The notes below the pieces were generated by a model that was given only the letters and a program-made list of their open reading frames with translations, was not told where the DNA came from and did not search any database. The translations under genes and the position numbers were made by a program. Shown here one piece after another: positions 50,812 through 63,224 of a stretch of 64,000 bases of DNA (positions within the stretch are counted from its first letter, which is position 1; the number at the start of each line of letters is the position of its first letter). Origin of the DNA: Chiloscyllium plagiosum (lineage: Eukaryota); the NCBI RefSeq assembly GCF_004010195.1, contig NC_057719.1, positions 87,385,600-87,449,599 of the forward strand, written 5' to 3'.

Positions 50812-50975
50812 CGAATCCCTACAGTGTGGAAGCACGTCATTAGGCCCATCAAATCTACACTGACCCTCCAGACAACATCCCATCCAGAACCACCTCCCTT
50901 ACCCTATCCCTGTAACCCTGCATTAGCCATGGCTAATCCACCTAGTCTGCACATCCCTGGACACTGCGGGCAATA
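50812..50975 (-). mobile_element. V-SINE-like 3' fragment
   Basis: gaatccctacagtgtgga..ccatggctaatccacctagtctgcacatccc matches 25283-25440. Confidence 0.7.
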
Positions 50976-52829
50976 TAGCCTCGCAACCATGCAGCTCCCT
51001 GCTCTGCCTCTTGGAGAGATTCTTGCATCTACTGCAAGAGATTTGGCAGTGAAATGTTTCCAAACAATCTTTATTTTAAGTGCTGTCTGGAAGCACACAG
51101 CCTGACCTGGGTGTGTACGCAGCCAGTGAAATTGCAAGATTGCCTTCTCTGGTCCAGATCAATTAGAAACAGCTTCTAAGATTCTTGATTTACACAAGGG
51201 GATTTTGATGTGATAAGGCAGAGACTGTTAATGAGTTAAATGATAGGAGATCACTGGGGGATGGGGTGTGCCCAAATAGAACTCTATTCTTGTAGCGTTA
51301 AGGGCTGGGGTGTTCTGCTTGCCAGAAAAGACAGCTGTGGACAACTAAAGGGGTAAAGAGGTTACACAAAATTCTGAACATATGTGCACAGATGCAGAAA
51401 TTAATGCAGCCCCCAGTGAATGGAAACAGCAAAGGGTGATAAACAAGCTACTACAAGTGGGAAAGAATGTCAAGATCCACACAAAACAATTTACAGTTGT
51501 GATGAATACAATGAGGGCATCCAATTATGTTGGGAAATATAGAATGCTCAGGAGTAATTGCGTCCTTTGAAAACTGCTAATCTTGATGGTATCAATGAAT
51601 GTACAAAGACAGAGGAGAAGTTGACCACTTATTTTGCATCAGTAGACAGACATCCTGAAGCAATTTTTGACCCAGGGACATGCCCATATTAGCTTAGGCA
51701 GAATATCAGGCATGAACTAATGGCACTAACAAATTCCCAAGTCTGGGTGGATTTTATTCCAAACTTCTAAAAGGAGACGAGAACATTATTGATATCCATT
51801 GTTTTATTTGTATTGAACCCCAGACAATTCCCCGGGTGATGGGATAGAAAGACAGCAATCCAGATTTGTCAACTGCAGAAAAATATGCATCGCCTTGAAC
51901 AATGCAGATGAAAACATACCACCACAAAGAGATATGAGAATGGTAAAAAGAGACTAACAGATTATTTCAAAGGTGAGGCCATTCTCTTTGAACTTAAAAA
52001 ATGGAGAGAGCAGAGTTCGGCCTAAATGCTGGAAAACTAGAAACAGGACAGGCCCAAAGAGACTTGCAAGCTCACATACACAGATCATTAAAACGTCAGA
52101 AATAGGCACAAAAGATGAGCAAAAAAAAATCCAATGGAATGTTGGCTTTTGTGTGCAGAAACTGGAACATATGGAGCTGGTTGTCACGTGGCAGCTTTAT
52201 CAAACACTGTTTAGATACATCTACAGTTACCGGGTCCTACAATCCAAGAGGGAGATATTGCAGACTTCCCACAATAATCACGAATCTTCAATGGTTACGT
52301 TAGACAGAGAGATTACATAAAGTGGAAGCTTGGTGGTTGAGGGGTGATCTGATTGTCGACTTTGAGGTTATAAGGGAAATAGCTATTTCTGCTCGTTAGG
52401 GAGCCCAAATCTTGGGAATATTCTCAAAAACTTAGATGCAGACCTTCTACGAATGGAATTAAGAAGCACTTCTTCACACAAAGGGTGGGAGAAGTATAGA
52501 AATCAGCATTGACGCATCAGCTGTAAATGTAGATTTCTGTTGAATAAAAAGTCTCTGAGGGATATTGGGATAAAGGTGAATCTTTGGTGTTACGTCAGGA
52601 ATGATCCCAGTATATGATACAAAAAGTGTGACTCAACACCGAATTTGTTTCATCTCAATTTACTGTCAACAATGCAGTAATCAGGGAAAATAAATTAATA
52701 TTCCCTACAGACAGCCCACAGAATGGTTTGTAAAATAAAACATAAACTTCTAAAATTATAGGAAGATTAATGGTGAAGTATGTGAATGGGGAGAGTAAAG
52801 AGGGAGTCCAACTCTTGATTGGGACGATC

Positions 52830-53105
52830 AGAGAGAGCTTTACTCTGTATCTAACCCCATATTGTACCTGTCATGGGAGTGTTTGATGGGGATAGTGTAG
52901 AGGGAGCATTACTCTGTATCTAACCGTGCCATACCTGTCCTGGGAATGTTTGATGGGGACAGTGTAGAGGTAGCTTTACTCTGTATCTAACCATGCCTTA
53001 CCTGTCCTGGGAATGTTTGATGGGGAGCTTTACTCTGTACCTATCCCCATGCTTTACTTGTCCTGGGACTGTTGATCGGGAGAGTGTAGAGGAAGCTTTA
53101 CTCTG
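52830..53105. repeat. Tandem repeat of about 67-69 bp, about 4 units (gagctttactctgtatctaacc..cctgtcctgggaatgtttgatggggacagtgtagag)
   Basis: Unit starts near 52835, 52904, 52971, 53026 and 53093. Confidence 0.85.
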
Positions 53106-53283
53106 ACCCTAGTATTTCCTCCTCCTGCCCTGGATACCTTCTGCGTTAACAGGTGAGCATAGTACTGCACCTTGATTAAGAGGTGTGATCTATACTGGCT
53201 GGTTATGCTCAGTGTGGAAGGCAATGGACAGAAGCTCAGTTGACAGAGCTGTATAACACAGTGCTCTGACATATGGTACTCAC

Positions 53284-53373
53284 CCCTGCTCCCCGGAACT
53301 TGCTGAGCTTTTTCTGCAGCTGCAGGCAATGTTCGTAGTCTTTGCCGACATCGCCCACATTGATCATTACCTC
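53284..53373 (-). CDS. SPTBN5: Beta-V spectrin exon, 30 aa EVMINVGDVGKDYEHCLQLQKKLSKFRGAG
   Basis: aaacag| ... |gtgagt; 90 nt, phase 0/0; NVGD.G.D.EHCLQL...L..FRG segment resembles SPTBN5. Confidence 0.9.
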
Positions 53374-54090
53374 CTGTTTGTGTGCAGGATGGAATAGAAC
53401 AGAATGAACAACGCAGAGTTAGGAAACACAATCAGCGAAATATCTGCTTGATAGCAACGCACAATCGATTCAATCCATAAACAACAGATTAAATGGAATT
53501 ATTCATAAGGAACTAGGACAAGAGGATCTTCTCAGAACATGCACATTTTGGCTCTATTCCAACCCTGATGGGTGAATGGGCAAACGCTCCATCTGAGGTT
53601 GCAGGAACGCCAGTGTGCCGCCAGGCCTTGATCTCAGAGTTAGCAAGAGGGATATTAACCCTGGCTCCTGAAGTAACTCAATAAACTCCTTCTGTCCGTC
53701 TTACTGTAATTTTGTACCATTACTCACTGGCACCACTGACTTCTCAAATGGCCACGGTATACATAAAGGGGAGCTTTCACTAATAAGCACAGAATAATAC
53801 TTAACCAAATATGGATACATAAAGCTAGTTTGGGAAATCTGTCAAAATGGTTGGAACGAGGTGAGCTCTTCAAACATTCAACAGTACCAAATGCTCGCTA
53901 GTAGATGCCTTACGAGAGTCAATGTAAGGCAGGGGTGTCACAACTTTCTCATTAAAAGATGTTATTGGAAGTCATGTCCCCAAATTGGGACAACAAAAGG
54001 CAGTGCCCAATTTCCATTGAGCTAACTGGAAGACTCTGGGGCCCAGGAAAACCAGTAGTGTGTTGTGGAGTAATCTGCCAGCGTTCCTAC

Positions 54091-54282
54091 CTTCTCCCTG
54101 ATCCATGCCTCAATCTGATCGACTTTCTGCAGGAACTCCAGGAAATCCCGGTTGTCCTCCAGCATTTTCCCACGTGCAGCCACCGCAGTCTTCAGTTGCT
54201 CCCAGTGTTCCAGCAGCACCCTCATACTTCGCCGGATCTCACTGGAGTTAGGGTGCTGTCCATTCAGCAGCAGCTCACCCGT
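54091..54282 (-). CDS. SPTBN5: Beta-V spectrin exon, 64 aa TGELLLNGQHPNSSEIRRSMRVLLEHWEQLKTAVAARGKMLEDNRDFLEFLQKVDQIEAWIREK
   Basis: ttttacag| ... |gtagga; 192 nt, phase 0/0; LEDNRDFLEFLQKVD..EAWIREK resembles my recollection of vertebrate SPTBN5. Confidence 0.9.
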
Positions 54283-55409
54283 CTGTAAAATTTAAAGGGA
54301 CACAGTCAGGTGGACATCCTCAAACTATACACCTCTCTGCGAGGATAATAATCCACAGCACACACCAGCAATGCAGAAGGTAGGGGTGGGAGGTACCGGC
54401 CCAAGGAAAAGTCTTATATTTACTTGGGAAAGTCATAAACCTCTTTTCAGCCAATCCTGCATTTTAGAATTGTTATGGAATTGTTACCATTATGCACGCA
54501 TGCTCCCACAAAAAGATATGGAGTGCACAACACCCCTCATGGTCCAATCTAGAACGAGAGATATGGTTTTAGGATTGCGGGACAGATTTAAAGCAGAGAA
54601 GAGGAGAAGTCACTTCTCTCAAAGGGCCATGCATCTGTGGATGGTGGAACTATGAGAAGGAAATTGGCTGGTTTTTAATTTGTAGTGGGTTGACAGGTTA
54701 TGTGGAACAGGCAGGAAAGTTGGTTTGAGACCAAGGTGATGTCAACCATGATGGTTTTAAATAGCAGAGCAGGCTCAAGTGGCTGAATGGCCCTCGCCTG
54801 TTTCTAATTCTTACCTTCTTAGTTTACATGACTACGACATCACACACTTGTTTTTTAAATGTCAGTTGAGGGATCAGCTTGGCTGGGTCACCGGGGAAGC
54901 TATAAGGTTGCAATGGATTAATCTATACAAAAGATGATTTTGCTGATTCATTTGCAGGCAGACTGTTGTAACGACAGGATTTTGTCTTCGATAATAAGAA
55001 AGAGCTTTAAAGCTGCAGTAACCAGAATTGTTTTAGAAAGGCCAGAGTTGGAGGCATTCCAATCTGCAAACAGACCTCTCTGGTTGGGGAAGTGCTGGCA
55101 ATTAATGAGTACCTGAAACCTGGCGGCCAGATCAGCAATTGGTGTGATATGTAAAGTCATCAATGAACCAAGTTAATAAATGTAGCAACAGGTGAAGGCT
55201 ATTCTCGAAAGTGGGGGGGAGTGAAAATAACTGGATACCTCTGCAGGATGCTGAATAAGACCAAGAGGTGCTGATATACTGTGGACAAATATGTTTGGAC
55301 TTCATTGAGTTAAATGTGTGGCACTTTGTTAGAATTAAAATGATGTAAACTGTCAGCGACAGAAGTGGAAAATAGGTTTCCTTAGCCAGCAGCCAGAAGA
55401 TTTAGCAGG

Positions 55410-55590
55410 GTAGAGATTGCTGGAAAAACTCAGCAGGTCTGGCAGCAGCTGTGGAGAGTGCTGAGGAAGGGCCACCCGACCCGAAACGTTAACTCTGGTT
55501 TCTCTCCACAGATGCTGCCAGACTGGCTGAGCTTTTCCAGCAATCTCTATTTTTGTTTCATATTTATAGCATCCGCATCTTTCTTGCTTT
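55410..55590. mobile_element. Palindromic PLE pLTR-derived element with hammerhead core at 55461-55491
   Basis: Arms tagagattgctggaaaaactcagc / gctgagcttttccagcaatctcta; CTGAGGA-A-GGGCC-ACCC-GACCC-GAAAC-GTTA; TSD AGATTTA(G/C)CAGG at 55398-55409 and 55591-55602. Confidence 0.8.
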
Positions 55591-56062
55591 AGATTTACCA
55601 GGATGTTGCCAGAAATGGAAGGCTGGAGTTATAAGGAGACGCTGGATAAGTTAGGACTTTTTCCATGGAGCATTGAGGGTTGAGAGGTGACCTTATAGAA
55701 GTTTATAAAATCATAAGAGGTATCGATAGGGTTAATGATAGGTGTCTTTTTCCAAGGATAAGTAATTTTAAGATTGGGGGCACATTTTTTTCAAGGTGAG
55801 AGGAGAAAAATTTAAAAAAGACGTGAGGGGCAAATCTTTTTACACAGAGGGTGGTCCGCGTATGGAATGAACTTTCTGAGAAAATGGTTGATGTGGGCAT
55901 AATTACAATGTTTAAAAGACATTTCAATAAGTACATGAAGAGGAAAGGTTGGGAGGGATATGGACCAGAAGCAGGCAAGTGGGACTAGTTTAGTTTGGAA
56001 TTATGGTCAGGATGGACTGGTTGGACTGAAAGGTGTTTTTCCATGCTGTATGACTCTATGAC
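55591..56062 (+). mobile_element. CR1 LINE 3' end
   Basis: RFTRMLP..LRGDLIEVYKI; tatgactctatgac tail. Confidence 0.82.
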
Positions 56063-56922
56063 CTCCCTGTGCTGAATTGGAAGAAATGAATAACACATGG
56101 ATCATGGTCCAATTAGCTAATATTTGACTTGGAAGTGTTAATTCCTTTCTGCAATGTCATGTGCTGACTCTGCTATGTGACAATAAAAAGGCTGGCTCTA
56201 ACTCATTGACATCAGGCAGAACCCCCTTGATATTCTGAGAGAACGCGTGTCTCCACTTCAAATGTGTCTTTCAATAGTGCTTTCTATCTTTAGAGAATAT
56301 TGAAATTACATATTTTTTTAAAATTAGAACTGTACTTGATTGCAGGTTAGAACCCTAAAGTACTGTGGACTTTCATATCAACTTGAGATTACCCTCATCA
56401 TTTCATGTGAAAGGCAGCACTTCCTCAGTGTATTCTGCACTCTTGACTCTGGAGAGAGCTTTGAACCGCTGACCCTTTGACTGAGAGGTCCATGTGCTAC
56501 AGTCAACAAGGAGATATTGCACAGGAGGTGCTCTGCAGCATGACAGAAATAATGCATGGGACAGCAAATACCGGGACATAAACAAAATGAAGCATAACAG
56601 GGAAAGCAGTAATGCCCTCCTGAGAAGCTAAAGATAGAAAGAAAGCCTGGGTGATGGGTGGTTTGTTAAACTATTCTTTAAACATATATACAAGTAGAAG
56701 CTGGAGTGAATTGAATTGGATTCACTCCCTTGAGACTGGGACCAGACTGAGCCAGTGGGCTGAACAGAAATGTGTTTGAAGGATAGATAGGGTTTAGGGG
56801 GTTAGGGTGAGAATGTCATAAGGACTAAACTGTGGAAGACCAGCAACTCAGCAAGCAGATCTCACTGCACTGGGCCTAAGCTGGTGTCTCGCTGATACAG
56901 AGAAAGGATATGTAACCTTTAC

Positions 56923-57078
56923 CTCAGTAACACTCGTAATGATGGCCTGATGGGCCAGGATTTCTGCCTCAAAGGCCTGGTGTTTCTGTAGCAGCTTCAG
57001 CTTGGCTTGCAGGTCACTAACATCTGCAGAAGAATTGTCTTTTAACTTCTTCATCCTTTCACTGATCCAGCTTTCCTC
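56923..57078 (-). CDS. SPTBN5: Beta-V spectrin internal exon (1st in window), 52 aa EESWISERMKKLKDNSSADVSDLQAKLKLLQKHQAFEAEILAHQAIITSVTE
   Basis: Acceptor ctttgcag| and donor |gtaaag on minus strand; phase 0/0; spectrin-repeat motifs W-I-x-E and KHQAFEAE. Confidence 0.9.
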
Positions 57079-57765
57079 CTGCAAAGAGGAACAGAACATT
57101 GTTAACATCTCAGCTGAGGAGACACTGGAGTAGTCAGATCCCAGAATGAAACTTTTTCCATTTTTTTTTCACATGGTGGTCAGTCATTGAAACACATTCA
57201 CAGAAATGCAGATTTTATTTAACAACAGAACAGAAGTTTACTATACAGAGAAAATAACTAAAATAATAAGCAAGAACACAGTAAGGAAAGTCTTAAAGAA
57301 CAGAGCAAAACCAAGCTTCAGTCTGTACTACCATTTGTTATAGAGATTCAATCCCAGAGAAATTATCCCTCTATATCAAATCTAAATTGTACTGAACTGA
57401 TTCTCCCCAGTTTCTTTCATGTGACTGTGGAGTCTTCTCAGATGAATATTCACAAAACTGAGGGCTTCAATTTTCTCAGTGTTTAATAACCTACTGTAAA
57501 GTTTACTAATCAAACTCTCCTGGCTTATCATTTAGACAAACTAAACGTTTCTATTGTGGTGACTGTGTTTTCCCTGAACTGGTCTGCACTCCTCTAAGGA
57601 GAGAAAACTTGCTCCTACCTTGAATGCAGGTTAGCAGCCTAAAGTAGCGTGGACATTTTTAACCTGTAATTCCAAAAATGTGTTCTTTTTTAAAGATAAA
57701 AATGGCTGCAGAAGTAAATTAAGTTGCAGATCTGGAGACAGAGAGAGAGAGAGGGTGGAGAGTTG

Positions 57766-57998
57766 CTGCCTGACCTGCTGTGCTTTTCCAGCACTACTCT
57801 AAACTAGAAAGGTGAATTGGCCATGTAAATTGCCCATAGTGTTAGGTGAAGGGGTAAATGTAGGGGAATGAGTCTGGATGGGTTACGCTTCGGCGGGTCG
57901 GTGTGGACTTATTGGGCCGAAGGGCCTGTTTCCACACTGTCAGTAAGTAATCTAATCAAGTAGTCTAGACTCTAGCATCTGCAGTCCTTGTTTTTACC
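57766..57998 (+). mobile_element. PLE pLTR fragment split by a 5'-truncated V-SINE (57809-57958), flanked by (GA)n
   Basis: gctgcctgacctgctgtgcttttccagcac.. resumes as ..ctagcatctgcagtcc after the SINE tail. Confidence 0.7.
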
Positions 57999-58355
57999 GA
58001 GAGAGAGAGAGAGAGAGAGATACAAATGCTCCTGGAATGTTACATCTAAAAACGCAAATAAGACTTAAAACAGCAATTGTTTAAAGAGGGAAAAGCCAAG
58101 TCAAAACAGAGCACGGTTCCTTGTGATTATGAAGATAACAGGATAGATGACACCTTCACTCCTCCTTCAGTAGCAAGCCATCCTCTGAAGATTTTGTCCC
58201 AACTGCAAACATATTTTGTCTTTTACTGTTTGAAGAATAAGTGAGCATAGGTCATAAAAAGTCAGTTTCAACTCTACTGAAGAGCACTAGCAGGATTGAG
58301 ATTCTTCTACATGCCAGTAGGCTAAGATATCTGTGCAGATTGGCCTGAGTTTGAA

Positions 58356-58665
58356 TTAGATTAGATTAGATTAGATTACTTACAGTGTGGAAACAGGCCC
58401 TTCGGCCCAACAAGTCCACACCGCCCCACCGAAGCGCAACCCATCCTACATGTACCCCTTACCTAACACTACGTGCAATTTAGCATTCACCAATTCACCT
58501 GACCTGCACATCCTTGGACTGTGGGAGGAAACCGGAGCACCTGGAGGAAACCCACGCAGACACGGGGAGAACGTGCAAACTCCACACAGTCAGTCGCCTG
58601 AGGCGGGAATTGAACCCGGGTCTCTGGCGCTGTGAGGCAGCAGTGCTAACCACTGTGCCACCGTG
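58356..58665 (-). mobile_element. HE1/V-SINE-like SINE (full length)
   Basis: (TTAGA)n tail at left, tRNA-like head at right; close to 32705-33002. Confidence 0.88.
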
Positions 58666-59744
58666 TCAGTGTGCTGTGAAAGTCAGAGTCAAGGAACTAT
58701 CTCCTAGTCACCCCTACATTACAGGTCATCATGACTTCTGAGGTTCAATCACGGTCAAAAGGAATCAGAACGACAGAGTCTCAACCAATCTAAAACTAAG
58801 AAACTTGACATTGACTGTTAACCCCCAGTGCAACAGCCACAACATTAAATTATCCTCTCTTTGGGTACAATTCAGAGATTAATCCATATATCATTGTTTT
58901 AAAAAAAAACTTTATTTTTTGGACTCAGCTCTCATTTCTAATCTGTGTGTATGTGTATTGCACTACGAATTCTCCTCATGTTCGGTAATTAATAAACTCA
59001 CTCTTTCTTAACTCAAGAAAGTCTAGTGGCTTGTTTTAAAACGCAAGGTCATTTGGGTTTGGGTGAAAGGGAAGGAATCATTTTTAAATCAACCCTGTTG
59101 CGATCAATGGTAACAATGAGTAAATAAAGAAGGGGAATATGTCATAAATCTCACACAGAAACGTTGCATTAAAATTCCAAACCCCCACCTTGTTCTCTGA
59201 CACAAGCTAGATTGGTTACTATTTCAGAGGTGCTGTCTGACCTCGATTTTTAAAAAAATTCCCTTCATAAAAGTAACCACTAGTTTGAAATCTAAACTCT
59301 AAAAGTTACAGATAGTTCATCCACTTTCATGGGGACAGGGGTCTGAAAGCTTGGTCAAAGGCGCAGTTTCAAGATGCCTCTCAAAGGACAGAAATAAAGT
59401 GGAGAGTTTTGTGGGAGGGGAATTCTAGAGCTAAGGGCCTGAGCAACACACCCCAATGGATAAGTGGATAAAGCAGGGATGCTGAAAAGGCCAGAATTAG
59501 AGGAGTTCAGCTATCTTGGACGGGCTGGAGGAGGTTGCAGAGCTAGAGTGAGGACCTGGAAGGGCTTGAAAACAATGATCAAAAATTGGCAGGCCAGAGG
59601 CCTCCATAGGTCAACAGAGATGAACTGAGAGAGAGAGAGAGATCCAAGGTGGGTTGAAATTTGAGGAAAAGGGAGATTGAGAGTTACATGAGGCAAGAGT
59701 CACATTTGGAAGATATGAAGGCAGGGATGGAAGGTTGAGGCCAG

Positions 59745-59990
59745 TGAGTGGAGATGATCCTATGGCATTAATCTTGGAGTGCTCCTAGTGTCTTGGCAAC
59801 ATTTATCTCTTGTTCAACCCCATCAAAGCCAAGAATCTGGCCATTATCTTCTTGCTCATTGTGAGATCTTGCTCTGTGCAAATGGCCTGCTGTATTTCCT
59901 AACCAAAAGTGTCAGGCATGAATTGAGTTTGTTGGTTGTAAAGCAATTTGGGAAGTCCTGAGGTTGTGAAAGAGACTGTGGAAATGGGAA
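59745..59990 (+). mobile_element. Old DeuSINE-like remnant
   Basis: gatcctatggca..tcctagtgtcttggcaacatttatc..tgtgagatcttgct.tgtgcaaatggc..tttggga.gtcctgaggttgtgaaag resembles my recollection of the Deu domain and tail. Confidence 0.45.
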
Positions 59991-60149
59991 ACCATTATTT
60001 CTGGTGATAATCGAATGGAGCTCAGTGAAATGCTGACTGTACAATGGGGAGTGCTGCTGACTCAGGCTCTGTTGGGCCTCACCCCTGGGATCAACATCAG
60101 CCTGTCCCTCTCATCACCCTCCCTCTACAAATGAAAAAGTTTGAAATCC

Positions 60150-60986
60150 AAAGTTGAACTATGAAAGCAACCACCCCAACACACACAAAAGAAGTTGCAT
60201 CAAGACACTATTCAAAAGGGCCACAACATACTGCAGTACACCAGAACTGCAAAAAGAGGAAGAAGAACACCTATACAATGTATTCGCCAAAAACGAACAC
60301 CCGCGCAATTTCATCAACAGATGCCTAAGGGAAAGACAACGGAACGAGGACATGCTGCAACCCAAAGGACTAGTCACACTACCATAAATCAAGAGCATTT
60401 CCGAACTGACAGCCAGACTACTGCGGTCACTAGGACTCATAACAGTACACAAACCAACAGCCACTCTCAGACAACAACTCACCAGAACGAAGGACCCGAT
60501 ACCCAGCATGAGCAAAACCAATGTAGTGTACAAAATCCCATGCAAGGACTGCACAAAACACTACGTAGGACAAACAGGAAGACAGCTAACGGTCCACATC
60601 CATGAACACCAACTAGCCACGAAACTACACGACCAGCTATCCTGAGTAGCCACACACGCAGATGACAAGCAACATGAATTTGACTGGGACAACACTACTA
60701 TTATAGGACATGCCAAACAGAGAACAGCCAGGGAATTCCTAGAGGCATGGCACTCATCCACAGATTCAATCAATAAGCACATCCACCTGGACCCAATATA
60801 CTGGCCACTGCAACGGACAGCTGGAACTGACAACCGGAAGCGGCAGATTCAAACCACTACAAATGCCGGAGGAAAGATCACAAAAGCGCTTCACAGGAGG
60901 CTCCCAAGCAATGAGGATGTCACCTAGACAGGGGACGAAACGTCTGCAACACAAATTCCCAGCTCGGCGAACAGAACCACAACAAT
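60150..60986 (+). mobile_element. Penelope-like element 3' fragment (thumb, GIY-YIG endonuclease, pLTR)
   Basis: LNYESNHPNTHKRSCIKTLFKRA; NVVYKIPCKDCTKHYVGQTGRQL..HIHEH; premature stops; hammerhead-like GCA-ATGAGGA-T-GTC..GAC-GAAA-CGTC-TGC at 60908-60947 with the first core C changed to A. Confidence 0.88.
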
Positions 60987-61639
60987 GAAACGTATTGCTG
61001 CAGTCTCCTGACTGGACCCCTCTGGAAAAATATGATTTATTTCTACATGGCATCATTGACACCCATCCCAACTGCCATGAACTGAGTGCCTTGCTTGGCC
61101 TTTTCAGAAGATGGTCAAGAATCAAACACATTGCTGTGGGTCTGGGGTCACATGGATGCCAGACCAAGTAGAGATGGTAGATTTCCTTCCCCATCGGACA
61201 TTCATGAACTCGATGGCCTTTTACAACATTTTACGATAGTGTCAGGGTCACCGTCACGGAGACTGGATTCATATGAATGCAAATAAATCCAGAAATATTA
61301 AATGGAAATTCCAGCTGTCATGAGGGGGGTTAGAAGCTATGTTCCAAGGAAATTAACCTGAGCCTCTGGGTTACTAGTCCATGGTTAATAACACCACCGC
61401 TATCCTCCCCCAGTCACACTCTCCCCTCCTGAAGCTGTAACTCTGGCTGGGACACTACTTGCAGTCCCTTGTACTCCATTATTGTTTCACATTATGTTAC
61501 TGTTTCATGTTAGAGTACAGAGAAATGGAATATGACACAATGAGGGTGTGGGAGCAATGGGAGACGGAACTTTAGATTACTTCTGACTACAGTTGCAGAT
61601 ATAAATCAGAGAGGGCAATAATTGAGGATTTCAATAGTG

Positions 61640-61985
61640 GAGCACTCCCTCATACCTGCTGCCTAAAAGTGCAACATAACATCAGCACTCCCTCAGTACT
61701 GACAGTGCAACACTCCCTCAGTACTGATCCTCCACAGCGCAGTGTTCTCTCAGTACTGACCCCCTGACAGTGCAACACTTCCTCAGTTCTGATCCTCTGA
61801 TAGCGCAACACTCCCTCAACACTGACCCTTTGAGAGTGCAGCACTCCCTCAGTTTTGACCCTCTTACAATGCAGCACTCCCTCAGTTCTAACACTCCTAC
61901 AGTGCAGTACTCCCTCAACACTGACCCTCCGATAGTTCAGCACTCCATCAATTCTGACCCTTTTATGGTGCAGAATTCCCTTAGG
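61640..61985. repeat. 33-bp tandem repeat (gcagcactccctcagtactgaccctccgacagt), about 10 degenerate units
   Basis: Direct repeats; gives the 11-aa periodic ORF 61650-61997. Confidence 0.85.
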
Positions 61986-62234
61986 CTGCATTTCCAATAC
62001 AGCTGTTATTTATTATACACCTCTGGAGCAGGTGGGTCTTGAACACAGGCCTCCTGAATTGAAGATAGAGACATTACCACTGTACCAAAAAAAGCTCCCT
62101 ATGGTCATTATTTTGAAGTTGAGAAAGATGTCAGGAGTCAGTGATTAATGCCTAATTGAATGGTTTTTAGATGTTATTGATGGGTTGGAGATGTCAATGT
62201 TGATCTGTCTTGAGCAGAATGATATTTGACACAG

Positions 62235-62748
62235 AATACAGGACTTCCTGTCGGAAAGATGTTGTGAAACATGAAAGGGTTCAGAAAAAATTTACAAGGA
62301 TGTTGCCAGGGTTGGACAGTTTGAGGTATAGGGAGAGGCTGAATAGGCTGGGGCTGTTTTCCCTGGAGCATCGGAGGCTGAGGGGTGATCTTATAGAGGT
62401 TTACAAAATCATGAGGGGCATGATAGGGTAAATGGCCAAAGTCTTTTCCCTGGGGTGGGCTATTCCAGAACTAGAGGGCATAGGTTTAGGGTGAGAGGGG
62501 AAAGATATGAAAGGGACCTAAGGGGCAACTTTTTTATGCAGAGGGTGGTGCGTGGATGGAATGAGCTGCCAGAGGAAGGGGTGGAAGCTGGTACAATTAC
62601 AGCATTTAAAAGGCATCTGGATGGTTATATGAATGGGAAGGGTTTAGGGGGATATGGACCAAGTGCTGGCAAATGGGACTACATTAAGGTGGGGTTTCTG
62701 GTCGGCACGGACGAAGGGTCTGTTTCCATACTGTACATCTCTATGACT
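62235..62748 (+). mobile_element. CR1 LINE 3' end (10753/28190 family)
   Basis: ERVQKKFTRMLPGL..RLGLFSLEHRRLRGDLIEVYKIMRG; ctctatgact tail. Confidence 0.88.
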
Positions 62749-63224
62749 AGAGAAGTGGGGCGGTTCCACCTCACTGCTACCTGGTGGGGAGTGTTTGCCA
62801 GGCCTGTAAGGTCATGAATGCGATTTAATCTCCTGACCTTCCTTCCCAAAGACAAGACCCACCGCTAACTCAGCTGAGCTGACATCACTTCCAAATGTTA
62901 GGACACATCACCTGATCCCTGTTCTCATGGAAACAGGGAGCACTTGATCCAGACCTGGGCAGACAGAGACACACTCTGTGTTTTCATTCGCAATTGGAAG
63001 CTTTGCCGATGCTGTTAGAGAATGGAAACATTTTCTTGTATCGTTGTTGGGATCAAAGTTAAGCCCCCTCCCCCCACCTTGTCACTGACACTGGAGCTGC
63101 CTGCTTTCCAGCACAAGGGATATTACCAGCTTCAGACCATGCCAAGGAAAGCATGGAGTTTTAGTCAGCTCTTTATGTGTGGCATAATTATTCAATACAA
63201 TCTCACACATGGGGTTTATTAGAA

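Noticed and set aside
57190..59110. Possible solo LTR-like sequences (also about 41200-41650 and 44890-45320)
   Set aside because: Composition is suggestive, but I could not identify paired termini, TSDs or a second copy
61650..61997. 115-aa periodic His/Cys-containing ORF as a repeat protein
   Set aside because: Explained by a 33-bp tandem repeat; no splice or homology support
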